Assembly: GCF_002803295.2 (NCBI RefSeq)
Contig: NZ_PGGB02000006.1
Span: forward strand, 10,157-42,156
DNA length: 32,000 nt
Direction of reading: 5' to 3'
From: Caedibacter taeniospiralis
GTDB taxonomy: Bacteria; Pseudomonadota; Gammaproteobacteria; Francisellales; Francisellaceae
Positions 17,805 to 25,423 of this stretch are shown here, in pieces. The translations under genes and the position numbers were made by a program. The notes beneath the pieces were generated by a model. That model saw only the letters and a list, made by a program, of their open reading frames with translations, was not told the DNA's origin and made no database searches. How positions within the stretch are numbered: position 1 is the stretch's first letter; each line of letters opens with the position of its first letter.

Positions 17805-19145
17805 ATGAAACCGATTTCTACCGTGCGCTTAGCTTTCTATTCGCTGATCATCGTTGCCGCAAGCATCGGCGCTTTTGTTTACTGGCAAATCAGCAGTTAC
17901 CCAAAAGAGTTTAACAATATCGTTTTTGTATTTGCCTACGCACTTATGCTTATATTTGTCAGTATGCCACTTTTCCTTTCAGAGACCATCTCAGGGTTCT
18001 TAAGCAAAAAAACACTTACAGGCAGCTTACACTATGTTTCACGCTCTCGGCGTTTGCGCTTTATTGGTCTGTTATCGCTGACACTGGCTGCTTTACTGCT
18101 TATCCTTGTGAGTACACGAATGTCAACAATAAGCACAAGCCTTGTCTATACAAGTCTCTGGTACATAAGCCAATCTCCTGAAGAAACCCTTTTCCTTATT
18201 GATCATTTCACCCTTGTCATTAGCCTAATCTTAAGCTCGCTGATCGTTTTGGTCATTTGGCTTGCCCAAACCCGTCAGCGTTTTCTGAACTTGGCTTGTG
18301 CTTTTTCCACTTTGGGGCTTGCCTCTTTGGTTGGGCTGTTTATTGTGAATACCCTTAACATAGGGAGTGCAACCAGTCATTTTTTTACGCCAAATTTCCA
18401 TTTACTCTCATTGATAGATGTCTGGGGAAGCGCCCTAAGTTTAGCCCTTTTCTCAGGTTTAATTGGGCTTGGAATTAACTCCGTTTTAGGGACGCATTTA
18501 AATGCTCAATGCCCGATTCGCCGCTTTAGCTCGATGTTTGCGATTGGCAGCATTCTTGCCGTGATCGTTATTATGCTTGTGCAAAGCTTGTATGTTAGCG
18601 GTGGTGGATCTACTTCAGAAGCCTTAGGTTTTCAGTATGCTTACACATTAAATCTATTGTCTTTTGGCGTGTTTTTCTTCTGTTTATTGACGGCAGCCAT
18701 ATTATTGTGCCAAACGTTCAAAGGCTTGGGCGCTTCAGCATCTACGCATAAATGGTATGTTTATCTGCCACTTTTTATTCTTCTTTTGGCAGCAGTAATA
18801 CTATATCAACATGTTTTGGCAAAGACCGCACAGCAAATCATCCAAAGCGAACTCATTTTCAATTTAATTTTCGTGATTGCCTACATTGAGATACTTGCAT
18901 TTGGCTGGATCTGTGATGCACAAAAATTAAGCTACCAGTTTCATAAAGCCACAAACATAAAACTTTCTGCCATTTACAACTTAAGCTTGCGCTTAATTGC
19001 TCCTGGCGCCATTTTAACTGCATTTATCCAAAAAATATTAAGCATTTGGTTAGGCGTTCATTGGATAACGATGGCTGGCATATTTCTGGTGTCACTTATT
19101 TTCACTGTGATACTTGGGAGTTTTTTACATCGTAGATTCCAGTAA
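17805..19145 (+). CDS. polytopic inner-membrane protein of unknown function
   Basis: ORF 17790..19145 trimmed to the ATG at 17805 (AGGA 7 nt upstream). About 446 aa with 10-12 predicted hydrophobic helices. I recognise no diagnostic motif. There is a faint resemblance to SNF-type transporters in the FGWI..A.K segment only. Confidence 0.6.
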   Translation: MKPISTVRLAFYSLIIVAASIGAFVYWQISSYPKEFNNIVFVFAYALMLIFVSMPLFLSETISGFLSKKTLTGSLHYVSRSRRLRFIGLLSLTLAALLLILVSTRMSTISTSLVYTSLWYISQSPEETLFLIDHFTLVISLILSSLIVLVIWLAQTRQRFLNLACAFSTLGLASLVGLFIVNTLNIGSATSHFFTPNFHLLSLIDVWGSALSLALFSGLIGLGINSVLGTHLNAQCPIRRFSSMFAIGSILAVIVIMLVQSLYVSGGGSTSEALGFQYAYTLNLLSFGVFFFCLLTAAILLCQTFKGLGASASTHKWYVYLPLFILLLAAVILYQHVLAKTAQQIIQSELIFNLIFVIAYIEILAFGWICDAQKLSYQFHKATNIKLSAIYNLSLRLIAPGAILTAFIQKILSIWLGVHWITMAGIFLVSLIFTVILGSFLHRRFQ

Positions 19146-19210
19146 TGTCCTTGACGTGAAGCTATGCTCAGATTATTCTCAACCCTTCATGTAAGTTGTA
19201 CACAAAAATA

Positions 19211-20182
19211 ATGCTAAGCCTTAAACAAATCCAGCAATTATTAAATCATGACATTGAGCAGAATCATCAGGTCATCATTAACCAATTAAGCTCTGATGTC
19301 GTACTGATTAACCAGATTAGCCACTATATTATTCATAGTGGTGGCAAACGCCTGCGCCCACTTTTGTTAATGCTGGTTGCGCGTGCTTTGGCTTATAAAG
19401 GGCAAGCGCACACTAAAGCTGCGGCTATTATTGAGTTTATTCACACGGCAACACTTTTGCATGATGATGTTGTGGATGAATCAGCATTACGCCGCGGCAA
19501 AGACACAGCCAATAATGTCTTTGGTAATGCCGCCTCTGTATTAACGGGTGATTTTCTTTATTCACGTGCGTTTCAAATGATGGTCGAGCTTGATCAAATG
19601 AAAATCATGCAGATCCTGGCAAATGCCACGAATAAAATTGCTGAGGGTGAAGTTTTGCAGTTACTTAATTGTAATAACCCCGACATCACCGAAACGCAAT
19701 ATATGGAGGTTATCTATTGCAAAACCGCCAAACTATTCGAGGCAGCATGTGATGTTGCAAGCATCATTGCTGATGCGCCAACTTCAACTCAACATGCTTT
19801 ACGGCAATATGGCATTCACCTTGGCAATGCCTTTCAGATTGCTGATGATGTGCTGGATTATACCGCGGATAGCAACACTCTAGGTAAAAACATCGGGGAT
19901 GACTTGGCTGAGGGTAAGGTTACACTACCAGTCATCTATGCTTTACAAGGTTCACTTGACAAAGAGAAAGCGCTAATCCGTGAGGCAATAGAACAGGGAC
20001 ATCACCCTGAAATGGATAAAATCATTCAAATTATCAACCAAAGTGGTGCGATTGAATATGCCACCCAAAAAGCACAGCAATCCGCGAAACTTGCCATTGA
20101 GGCACTCATTGTTTTATCCGATTCAGTATATAAGGATGCCCTGATTTCACTTGCACATATCGCTGTTGAGAGAACGCATTAG
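19211..20182 (+). CDS. ispB: octaprenyl diphosphate synthase
   Basis: Trimmed to the ATG at 19211. N-terminus (LSSDVVLINQISHYIIHSGGKRLRP) is colinear with E. coli IspB. Both aspartate-rich motifs are present (DDVVDE and DDVLDY). Confidence 0.93.
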   Translation: MLSLKQIQQLLNHDIEQNHQVIINQLSSDVVLINQISHYIIHSGGKRLRPLLLMLVARALAYKGQAHTKAAAIIEFIHTATLLHDDVVDESALRRGKDTANNVFGNAASVLTGDFLYSRAFQMMVELDQMKIMQILANATNKIAEGEVLQLLNCNNPDITETQYMEVIYCKTAKLFEAACDVASIIADAPTSTQHALRQYGIHLGNAFQIADDVLDYTADSNTLGKNIGDDLAEGKVTLPVIYALQGSLDKEKALIREAIEQGHHPEMDKIIQIINQSGAIEYATQKAQQSAKLAIEALIVLSDSVYKDALISLAHIAVERTH

Positions 20183-20187
20183 CCATT

Positions 20188-20342
20188 ATGTCTAAACTTT
20201 TACGTGAAAATTTCTGGCAAGCATTACCACTTAAAGCACTAAATGACGCTGAGTGGGAGGCGTTATGTCAGCGATGAAAGAGTCTCAAGTGGAAAATATT
20301 TACACTCGACTTTTTCGGTCGATGTTTTATTATATGCCTTGA
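20188..20342 (+). pseudogene. decayed remnant of a YcgN-like (UPF0260, Cys-rich) gene
   Basis: 20188-20277 reads MSKLLRENFWQALPLKALNDAEWEALCQR*, resembling the E. coli YcgN N-terminus (..[24 protein letters not shown]). After a frame change, 20274-20342 reads MKESQVENIYTRLF.., compared with LMDEDTDEIYFTNVA in YcgN. The CxxCxxCC block is missing and the frame ends early. Confidence 0.45.
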
Positions 20343-20370
20343 CCCCATTTAACACGCTCATCTAAAGTCC

Positions 20371-21327
20371 ATGCCACAGGCGAATAATCATTACAAAGAC
20401 ACTTCCAAGACTCATTGGTCCAAATTACCCGAGAAGGGAAATCTCTTGGCACTTAAGATTATGCTGGCAGCTGTTAAATTAATTGGTAGACGCATTACTT
20501 ACTGTTTGGCTTACCCTGTCATGGTGTACTTTTATTGTTTTAACAAAACAGCACGCCTGGCATCACAGCAATATTTTTTGAATCTTGCAACTTATGCCAG
20601 GCACCAGAATATTCATATCAAGGCTATGGCATTTCAGCAGTTTGTTGCTTTCGGTCATAACCTGGTCGATAAAGTCGCCGTGTGGAATCACCAGATAACA
20701 CGAGAGCATCTTAATTTCCCAAATCGCCATGAACTCCTGCACTTAATCAATAGCAAACAAGGCTTTGTTATCTTTAGCGCTCACCTTGGCAATATCGAAA
20801 TTATGCGCGCCATTGCTTCGTCTTCTCAAACCTGTAAAATCAACGCACTTATTTTCAATCAACACGCCCAGAAATTTAACGAGCTCCTAACTACACTTAA
20901 CCCAGACTCTCAGCTTAATCTCATTCCTGTAGTGAATTTTGACCTAAGCATTGCAATGCAATTACAACATAAAATTGATCAGGGTGAGATCGTCATTATT
21001 GCCTGCGATCGCACCCCCACCAGTCGAAAGCAACACTTGGTTTCAGCTAGCTTTTTAGGCAAAAAAGCGCAATTTCCACAGGGCGGATTCCTACTTGCTC
21101 ACCTTTTAAAAGCTCCTGTTTACACGATGTTATGCCTTAAAAATAAGCAAAAATATGACGTGATTTTCCGTCTATTTGCTACCCAACTGCACCTTTCAAG
21201 ACAACAGCGTGAACAGGAACTGACCCAGTATGCCCAACAATACAGTGACTTTCTCGCCGAGTATTGTTTACAATATCCAACCCAGTGGTTTAATTTTTTT
21301 GATTTCTGGCGCAAATCTGATGAATAG
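20371..21327 (+). CDS. LpxL/LpxP-like (lipid A biosynthesis-type) acyltransferase family protein
   Basis: 318 aa with an N-terminal membrane anchor and an HX4E acyltransferase motif (SAHLGNIE). Overall layout matches the lauroyl/myristoyl acyltransferase family. Its stop overlaps the next gene's start by 8 nt. Confidence 0.7.
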   Translation: MPQANNHYKDTSKTHWSKLPEKGNLLALKIMLAAVKLIGRRITYCLAYPVMVYFYCFNKTARLASQQYFLNLATYARHQNIHIKAMAFQQFVAFGHNLVDKVAVWNHQITREHLNFPNRHELLHLINSKQGFVIFSAHLGNIEIMRAIASSSQTCKINALIFNQHAQKFNELLTTLNPDSQLNLIPVVNFDLSIAMQLQHKIDQGEIVIIACDRTPTSRKQHLVSASFLGKKAQFPQGGFLLAHLLKAPVYTMLCLKNKQKYDVIFRLFATQLHLSRQQREQELTQYAQQYSDFLAEYCLQYPTQWFNFFDFWRKSDE

Positions 21328-21745
21328 CAAGACCGTTTCACATGTCAGTGAAATTACGATTCCATTTTATGATGTAGATAGCCTGCAGATCGCATGGCAT
21401 GGTCATTATGTCAAATACTTTGAAATTGCTCGCTGTGAGCTTTTAGATAAAATTGGCTACGACTATTCTGCCATGGCAGAAAGCGGCTACATCTGGCCTG
21501 TGGTAGATCTGCACATTAAATACATTCAACCTGCGAGATTTGGGCAGTTGATTGAGATTCAGAGTTTGATTATTGAATACCAGAATCGCCTTAAGATCAG
21601 TTATGTGATCTATGACAAACTCACAAGGCAAAAACTCACCAAGGGACATACGACACAACTTGCTATTGCCCGAAATACTCAAGAGCTGCAGTTTGTTTCT
21701 CCATCGATATTAATTCATAAAATTGAGACCTTTAGCCATGATTAA
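21320..21745 (+). CDS. 4HBT/YbgC-like hotdog-fold acyl-CoA/ACP thioesterase
   Basis: ORF 21230..21745 trimmed to the ATG at 21320 (ATGAATAG overlap with the upstream stop). 141 aa, with IPFYDVDSLQIAWHGHY matching the catalytic Asp region of 4HBT thioesterases. Confidence 0.75.
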   Translation: MNSKTVSHVSEITIPFYDVDSLQIAWHGHYVKYFEIARCELLDKIGYDYSAMAESGYIWPVVDLHIKYIQPARFGQLIEIQSLIIEYQNRLKISYVIYDKLTRQKLTKGHTTQLAIARNTQELQFVSPSILIHKIETFSHD

Positions 21746-22382
21746 AACCATTCAAAAATTACTATTCATCTGCTTTTTAAGCATCTATGTAACGTTGAAT
21801 CTGGCTCACGCAGAAGCCTCTGATGACATTTTTAACCACCCATTGTCGGCAAAAAATCAGCTCGCTTTCGATAAAGTTCAACAAAAACAGGCTAAAATTG
21901 ATCACGTGTGCGGGCAATTTATTCAAATACGTCATATGAAACTACTATCGAAACCCTTGAAATCCAGTGGAACATTTGAACTATCGAAAAAAAATGGACT
22001 AAAGTGGCTACAAGAAAAACCTTTCCAGTCAACTCTAATCGTCACCTCAGATAAAATTGAGCAATCGATAGAGGGTAAACCAGCGATTACCATTACCAAA
22101 AAAGAACAACCCATTGTCTTTTCGTTTACCACGGTATTTCTATCAATCTTTAAAGGTAATGCCGAAGCTTTAAAACAATATTTTTACATCTATTTTACGC
22201 AAAACAATGACTCCTGGCATATTGCTCTTAAGCCGCGAGGTTCACCACTTGACAAAGCAATTCAAAGCATTGAAATGACGGGAGAAAAATACGCCTCACG
22301 CATTCTGGTGAATGAAACGCAAGGCAATCAGATGTCGATTGAGTTTGATAATGTCAAGGAGCTCAACACAAAGCAAATCTAA
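21738..22382 (+). CDS. LolA-like periplasmic carrier protein (outer-membrane lipoprotein carrier fold)
   Basis: Trimmed to the ATG at 21738 (ATGATTAA overlap with the thioesterase stop). Signal peptide MIKTIQKLLFICFLSIYVTLNLAHA, then about 190 aa with LolA-like features (FxQ....L.....SSGTF). Family call is from general resemblance. Confidence 0.6.
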   Translation: MIKTIQKLLFICFLSIYVTLNLAHAEASDDIFNHPLSAKNQLAFDKVQQKQAKIDHVCGQFIQIRHMKLLSKPLKSSGTFELSKKNGLKWLQEKPFQSTLIVTSDKIEQSIEGKPAITITKKEQPIVFSFTTVFLSIFKGNAEALKQYFYIYFTQNNDSWHIALKPRGSPLDKAIQSIEMTGEKYASRILVNETQGNQMSIEFDNVKELNTKQI

Positions 22383-22496
22383 TCTAATCAGCATGCTTAC
22401 GGTGCTGGAATTACAAACTAATGGCACTACAAGCTTTTGCGATACATTTGATGCCGCTGACTTTAGAAACGCGATTCTTGCGCGAAGGCATATAAA

Positions 22497-22961
22497 CTAG
22501 CAATCACGCACCTTGGGAATAACTAACGTCTGTCCTGCTGCCAGGCGATTTGGATCAGTAATTTTATTGGCTTTTGCAAGACATACGATGCTGATCCTGT
22601 TTTTTCGCGCAATGCTATAAAGGCTATCACCAATCTCAATTTTGTAGGTTACCACTTCATTGGTGTTGTTTGTTGATGTATTTTCTGTTTGTGCAGGTAA
22701 AACGTCATTGTCTCCAGTCATCCCTTCTGCGGGTATTGCACGCTGAGCTTCCGTGACTACTGCGTCTGGCGTTTCTACCAAAGGCACCTTGACCTTGTTT
22801 TCATCCATGCTTCCATTATTCTCCCTCTTTTGCACATCAAACGCAGAAATATTTTGCGCTTGCGTATCTGACTCCACTGCTGGTTTAGGTTCGTTAAACT
22901 GTGCACAGCCTGTTAAAATAAATATTCCTGACAACATAAGACATAGCTTCTTCTTCATCAT
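22497..22961 (-). CDS. LysM domain lipoprotein
   Basis: Signal peptide with lipobox LTGC (MMKKKLCLMLSGIFILTGCAQ). C-terminal LysM motif YKIEIGDSLYSIARKN......ANKI.DPNRLAAGQTLVIP. The second ATG (22958) has better SD spacing than the first. Confidence 0.85.
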   Translation of the reverse strand: MMKKKLCLMLSGIFILTGCAQFNEPKPAVESDTQAQNISAFDVQKRENNGSMDENKVKVPLVETPDAVVTEAQRAIPAEGMTGDNDVLPAQTENTSTNNTNEVVTYKIEIGDSLYSIARKNRISIVCLAKANKITDPNRLAAGQTLVIPKVRDC

Positions 22962-22992
22962 TTTCTCCTTCTAGTCGTGACGATAAACCGTA

Positions 22993-23069
22993 TGGTCGGG
23001 ACGGCGGGACTCGAACCCACGACCTTTAGCACCCCATGCTAACGCGCTACCAGACTGCGCTACGCCCCG
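22993..23069 (-). tRNA. tRNA-Pro (anticodon GGG)
   Basis: The reverse complement cggggcgtagcgcagtctggtagcgcgttagcatggggtgctaaaggtcgtgggttcgagtcccgccgtcccgacca folds as a cloverleaf. Anticodon stem is ttagc/gctaa with loop AUGGGGU, the T-loop is GGTTCGAGTCC, and CCA is encoded. Confidence 0.9.
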
Positions 23070-23081
23070 TAAATGATAAAA

Positions 23082-23110
23082 AATTTACCTTTATTTTGTC
23101 ATGCCTGCAA
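23082..23110 (-). promoter_or_regulatory. candidate sigma70 promoter for tRNA-Pro
   Basis: On the minus strand, TTGCAG (23110-23105), a 17-nt spacer, then TAAATT (23087-23082), about 12 nt upstream of the mature tRNA 5' end. Pattern match only. Confidence 0.3.
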
Positions 23111-23209
23111 CTAAAAATTTCTCCTCTTTACGGAGCAAACCCTCAAAGAAGAACACGGTTGAAGCAACGAAGGTATCACTCCCAGGATTGATCTTGGACC
23201 ATTTTATTA

Positions 23210-23413
23210 TCAGGCGATGCGAACATTAATGGCCTGCGGGCCACGGCGACGTTCTTCAACCTCAAATGAAACACGTTGATCGTTTGCCAGTGTTTGTAAC
23301 CCATTTAATGCAGTTACGTGAACAAAAACCTCTGAACCACCATTATCAGGTTTGATAAAGCCAAAGCCTTTTGTTTCATTAAAAAATTTTACGGCACCTG
23401 TTTGCTGCGACAT
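23210..23413 (-). CDS. cold-shock protein, CspA family
   Basis: 67 aa with RNP1/RNP2 motifs KGFGFI and VFVHV. Typical CSD length. Confidence 0.95.
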   Translation of the reverse strand: MSQQTGAVKFFNETKGFGFIKPDNGGSEVFVHVTALNGLQTLANDQRVSFEVEERRRGPQAINVRIA

Positions 23414-23551
23414 ACTCTCTACTCTCTTACTTTATTTGAATTAAACTCCGTCGACTCCATGTGCTCTAAACGCGCTTGCCAACACATCTGTGGTGACCAA
23501 ATCACACACCTATGCAAACAAAATCATTCAAAGACCATAAAAGTCGGCGCC

Positions 23552-23579
23552 AGTATAGCAAGACTGCATAAAAAGCAAA
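23552..23579 (-). promoter_or_regulatory. candidate promoter of the csp gene with long 5' UTR
   Basis: On the minus strand, TTTGCT (23579-23574), a 16-nt spacer, then TATACT (23557-23552), with an AT-rich tract upstream. This predicts a leader of about 130 nt, in line with the long 5' UTRs known for cspA-type genes. Confidence 0.35.
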
Positions 23580-23766
23580 TCTTTTTATCAGCAAGTTGTC
23601 ACTTTATTGATCAGCGTAGTTATGCACCTTTGCGTTTTTCAACACCCTGCCTCACAAGCTCTGGGTGTGGGGCTGACGTGGTGTTTTCTAAACTACAGTG
23701 CGTAACTCCAGTCAATCAGAAACTGGAATGAAAGCTAGTCGGGGAAACTAAAGAGTCATACCTACA

Positions 23767-23933
23767 TATACCACTCATAAACCATTTTACAGAGTTTCTT
23801 GCTTTGCATTTTGCGTGATTTTGGTAAGTTGAACTTTGACAATAGTCCCCACTATTCCCTGCAATTCACCTTACCAAAATCTTCACAAACTGCTTTGCAA
23901 CTAAGCACCGCAAAATGATTTACGAGTGGTATA
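23767..23933. repeat. 167-nt rod-like imperfect palindrome (candidate structured sRNA or MITE)
   Basis: The outer stem pairs 23767-23797 with 23903-23933: 25 Watson-Crick pairs of 31, plus 4 positions that are G-U only on a minus-strand transcript. The perfect 12-bp inner stem pairs 23817-23828 with 23870-23881. The apical hairpin is aatagt-cccc-actatt (23841-23856). Confidence 0.6.
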
Positions 23934-23998
23934 GAAATACTGCAAAACCGTTTGCAAGTGGTATACAATGCCCCCATTGAAAGGAGAGTGTTTTATCT

Positions 23999-24973
23999 AT
24001 GTCTATGATCAGCCCATTTATTAGTGATGCAATAAAAACCATTAACTTAGAAATCGAAAGCCTGGAAAATCTTAAAAACTATATTGATCAAAGTTTTATT
24101 GCTGCCTGCGAGTTGATTCTCAAATGCCAAGGGCGAGTCATTATTATTGGCATGGGTAAATCAGGGCATATTGCCTCTAAGATTGCTGCCACGCTTGCAA
24201 GCACGGGGACGCCTGCATTTTTCGTGCATCCAGCGGAAGCAGGACATGGCGACTTTGGCATGATTACGCGCCAAGATATTGTCATCGCTATTTCTAACTC
24301 AGGATCAACCCCTGAATTAACGGCATTGATCCCTATGATCAAACGCCTTAATATTCCTTTGATTTCAATATCCAGCAAACCAGAATCGGCACTGGCACAA
24401 GCGGCCGATATTTCGTTGAATCTGGGTGTCACTAAAGAAGCTTGTCCGCACAATCTTGCCCCCACTTCAAGTACAACGACAACACTCGTGCTGGGGGATG
24501 CACTTGCCATCGCCCTTCTTAACGCCAAGAATTTTAGCGCAGAGGATTTCGCAAGCTCACACCCTAGTGGCGCGCTTGGCAAACGGTTACTCCTCAAGGT
24601 GTCTGATTTAATGAAAACAGGTCATGCACTCCCGATTGTAAGCTCAAAAAGCTCGTTGGAAGAGGCTATTTTAGAAATTAGCTCCAAGGGCTTAGGAATG
24701 TGCCTTGTTTCCGATGATCACAAAACGTTAAACGGTATTTTTACGGATGGTGACTTGCGCAGAGTATTTCAACAATCCTTGTATCACAAAGGCATGCCTA
24801 TCGCTGAAGTCATGGGCAAAAAACCAAAAACCATCTCCGCTCAGTCCATGGCAATTGACGCATTAACCATCATGAACCAGCTAAAAATTACCACGCTTGC
24901 CGTCTTGAACGAACACAGTGAAATCTCTGGGATAATTCATATGCACGACCTCGTGCGCGAAGGAATTGCTTAA
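23999..24973 (+). CDS. kdsD: arabinose-5-phosphate isomerase (SIS domain + two CBS domains)
   Basis: 324 aa. SIS motif region GRVIIIGMGKSGHI...ISNSGST.E, followed by a tandem CBS pair. Typical KdsD/GutQ architecture. Confidence 0.88.
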   Translation: MSMISPFISDAIKTINLEIESLENLKNYIDQSFIAACELILKCQGRVIIIGMGKSGHIASKIAATLASTGTPAFFVHPAEAGHGDFGMITRQDIVIAISNSGSTPELTALIPMIKRLNIPLISISSKPESALAQAADISLNLGVTKEACPHNLAPTSSTTTTLVLGDALAIALLNAKNFSAEDFASSHPSGALGKRLLLKVSDLMKTGHALPIVSSKSSLEEAILEISSKGLGMCLVSDDHKTLNGIFTDGDLRRVFQQSLYHKGMPIAEVMGKKPKTISAQSMAIDALTIMNQLKITTLAVLNEHSEISGIIHMHDLVREGIA

Positions 24974-24983
24974 GCCACTGTAT

Positions 24984-25241
24984 TTAGCTTGAAAAATCAA
25001 GCACATAAATACCATATTTTTTAATCTTTGACCTCAATGTCGCAGGGCTTATCCCCAATACTTCAGCGGTATTGTTAAGATGAAAACCCGTGTAAGCCAG
25101 CGTAGCTTCAATCAACCCTCGTTCGATTTCCTCCGTTACCAAGCTCATCATAAAACGCGGCTCATCTTGTGGATTTTTTCTTGCTTCCTCATAGCGCATT
25201 TCAGCAATGGCATAAATGAATCTTTCTATATTGCTACTCAT
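24984..25241 (-). CDS. Fis-family small DNA-binding protein
   Basis: Trimmed to the ATG at 25241 (AAGGAA SD upstream), giving 85 aa. The C-terminal HTH NNTAEVLGISPATLRSKIKKYGI resembles the Fis C-terminus (N.T.AA..LGI.R.TLRKKLKKYG). Confidence 0.75.
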   Translation of the reverse strand: MSSNIERFIYAIAEMRYEEARKNPQDEPRFMMSLVTEEIERGLIEATLAYTGFHLNNTAEVLGISPATLRSKIKKYGIYVLDFSS

Positions 25242-25423
25242 GATTAATTTCCTTATATGCTTGTTCTTGTACCTTAAGCATAGAAGCTGTTTTAACCTGA
25301 GCATAAGGAAATAAGCAACTCAAGTCTGTGGCTATTGCTGAAATATTTGTAATCAAATCGCCATGTTTTTGTGACTCTGTTATCATAGACGCAGAGGCAT
25401 CATGAGTAACTTTGAATTGAACT

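Noticed and set aside
23402-23731. 109-aa plus-strand ORF upstream of the csp gene
   Set aside because: It starts antisense inside the csp start region and covers the predicted csp promoter and 5' UTR. It has no SD and a Cys/Ser-rich low-complexity composition. It is probably non-coding.
23767-23933. Possibility that the rod-like palindrome is 6S RNA
   Set aside because: The length and rod shape are compatible. However, there is no large open central bubble, I recognise no conserved 6S sequence blocks, and the usual downstream ygfA-type neighbour is absent. It is left as an unassigned structure.
25380-25400. Possible LexA/SOS box (CTGTtatcatagACGC) upstream of uvrB
   Set aside because: Only the left half-site fits CTGT-N8-ACAG and the right half is ACGC. 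The presence of LexA in this lineage cannot be assumed. It is too weak to call.
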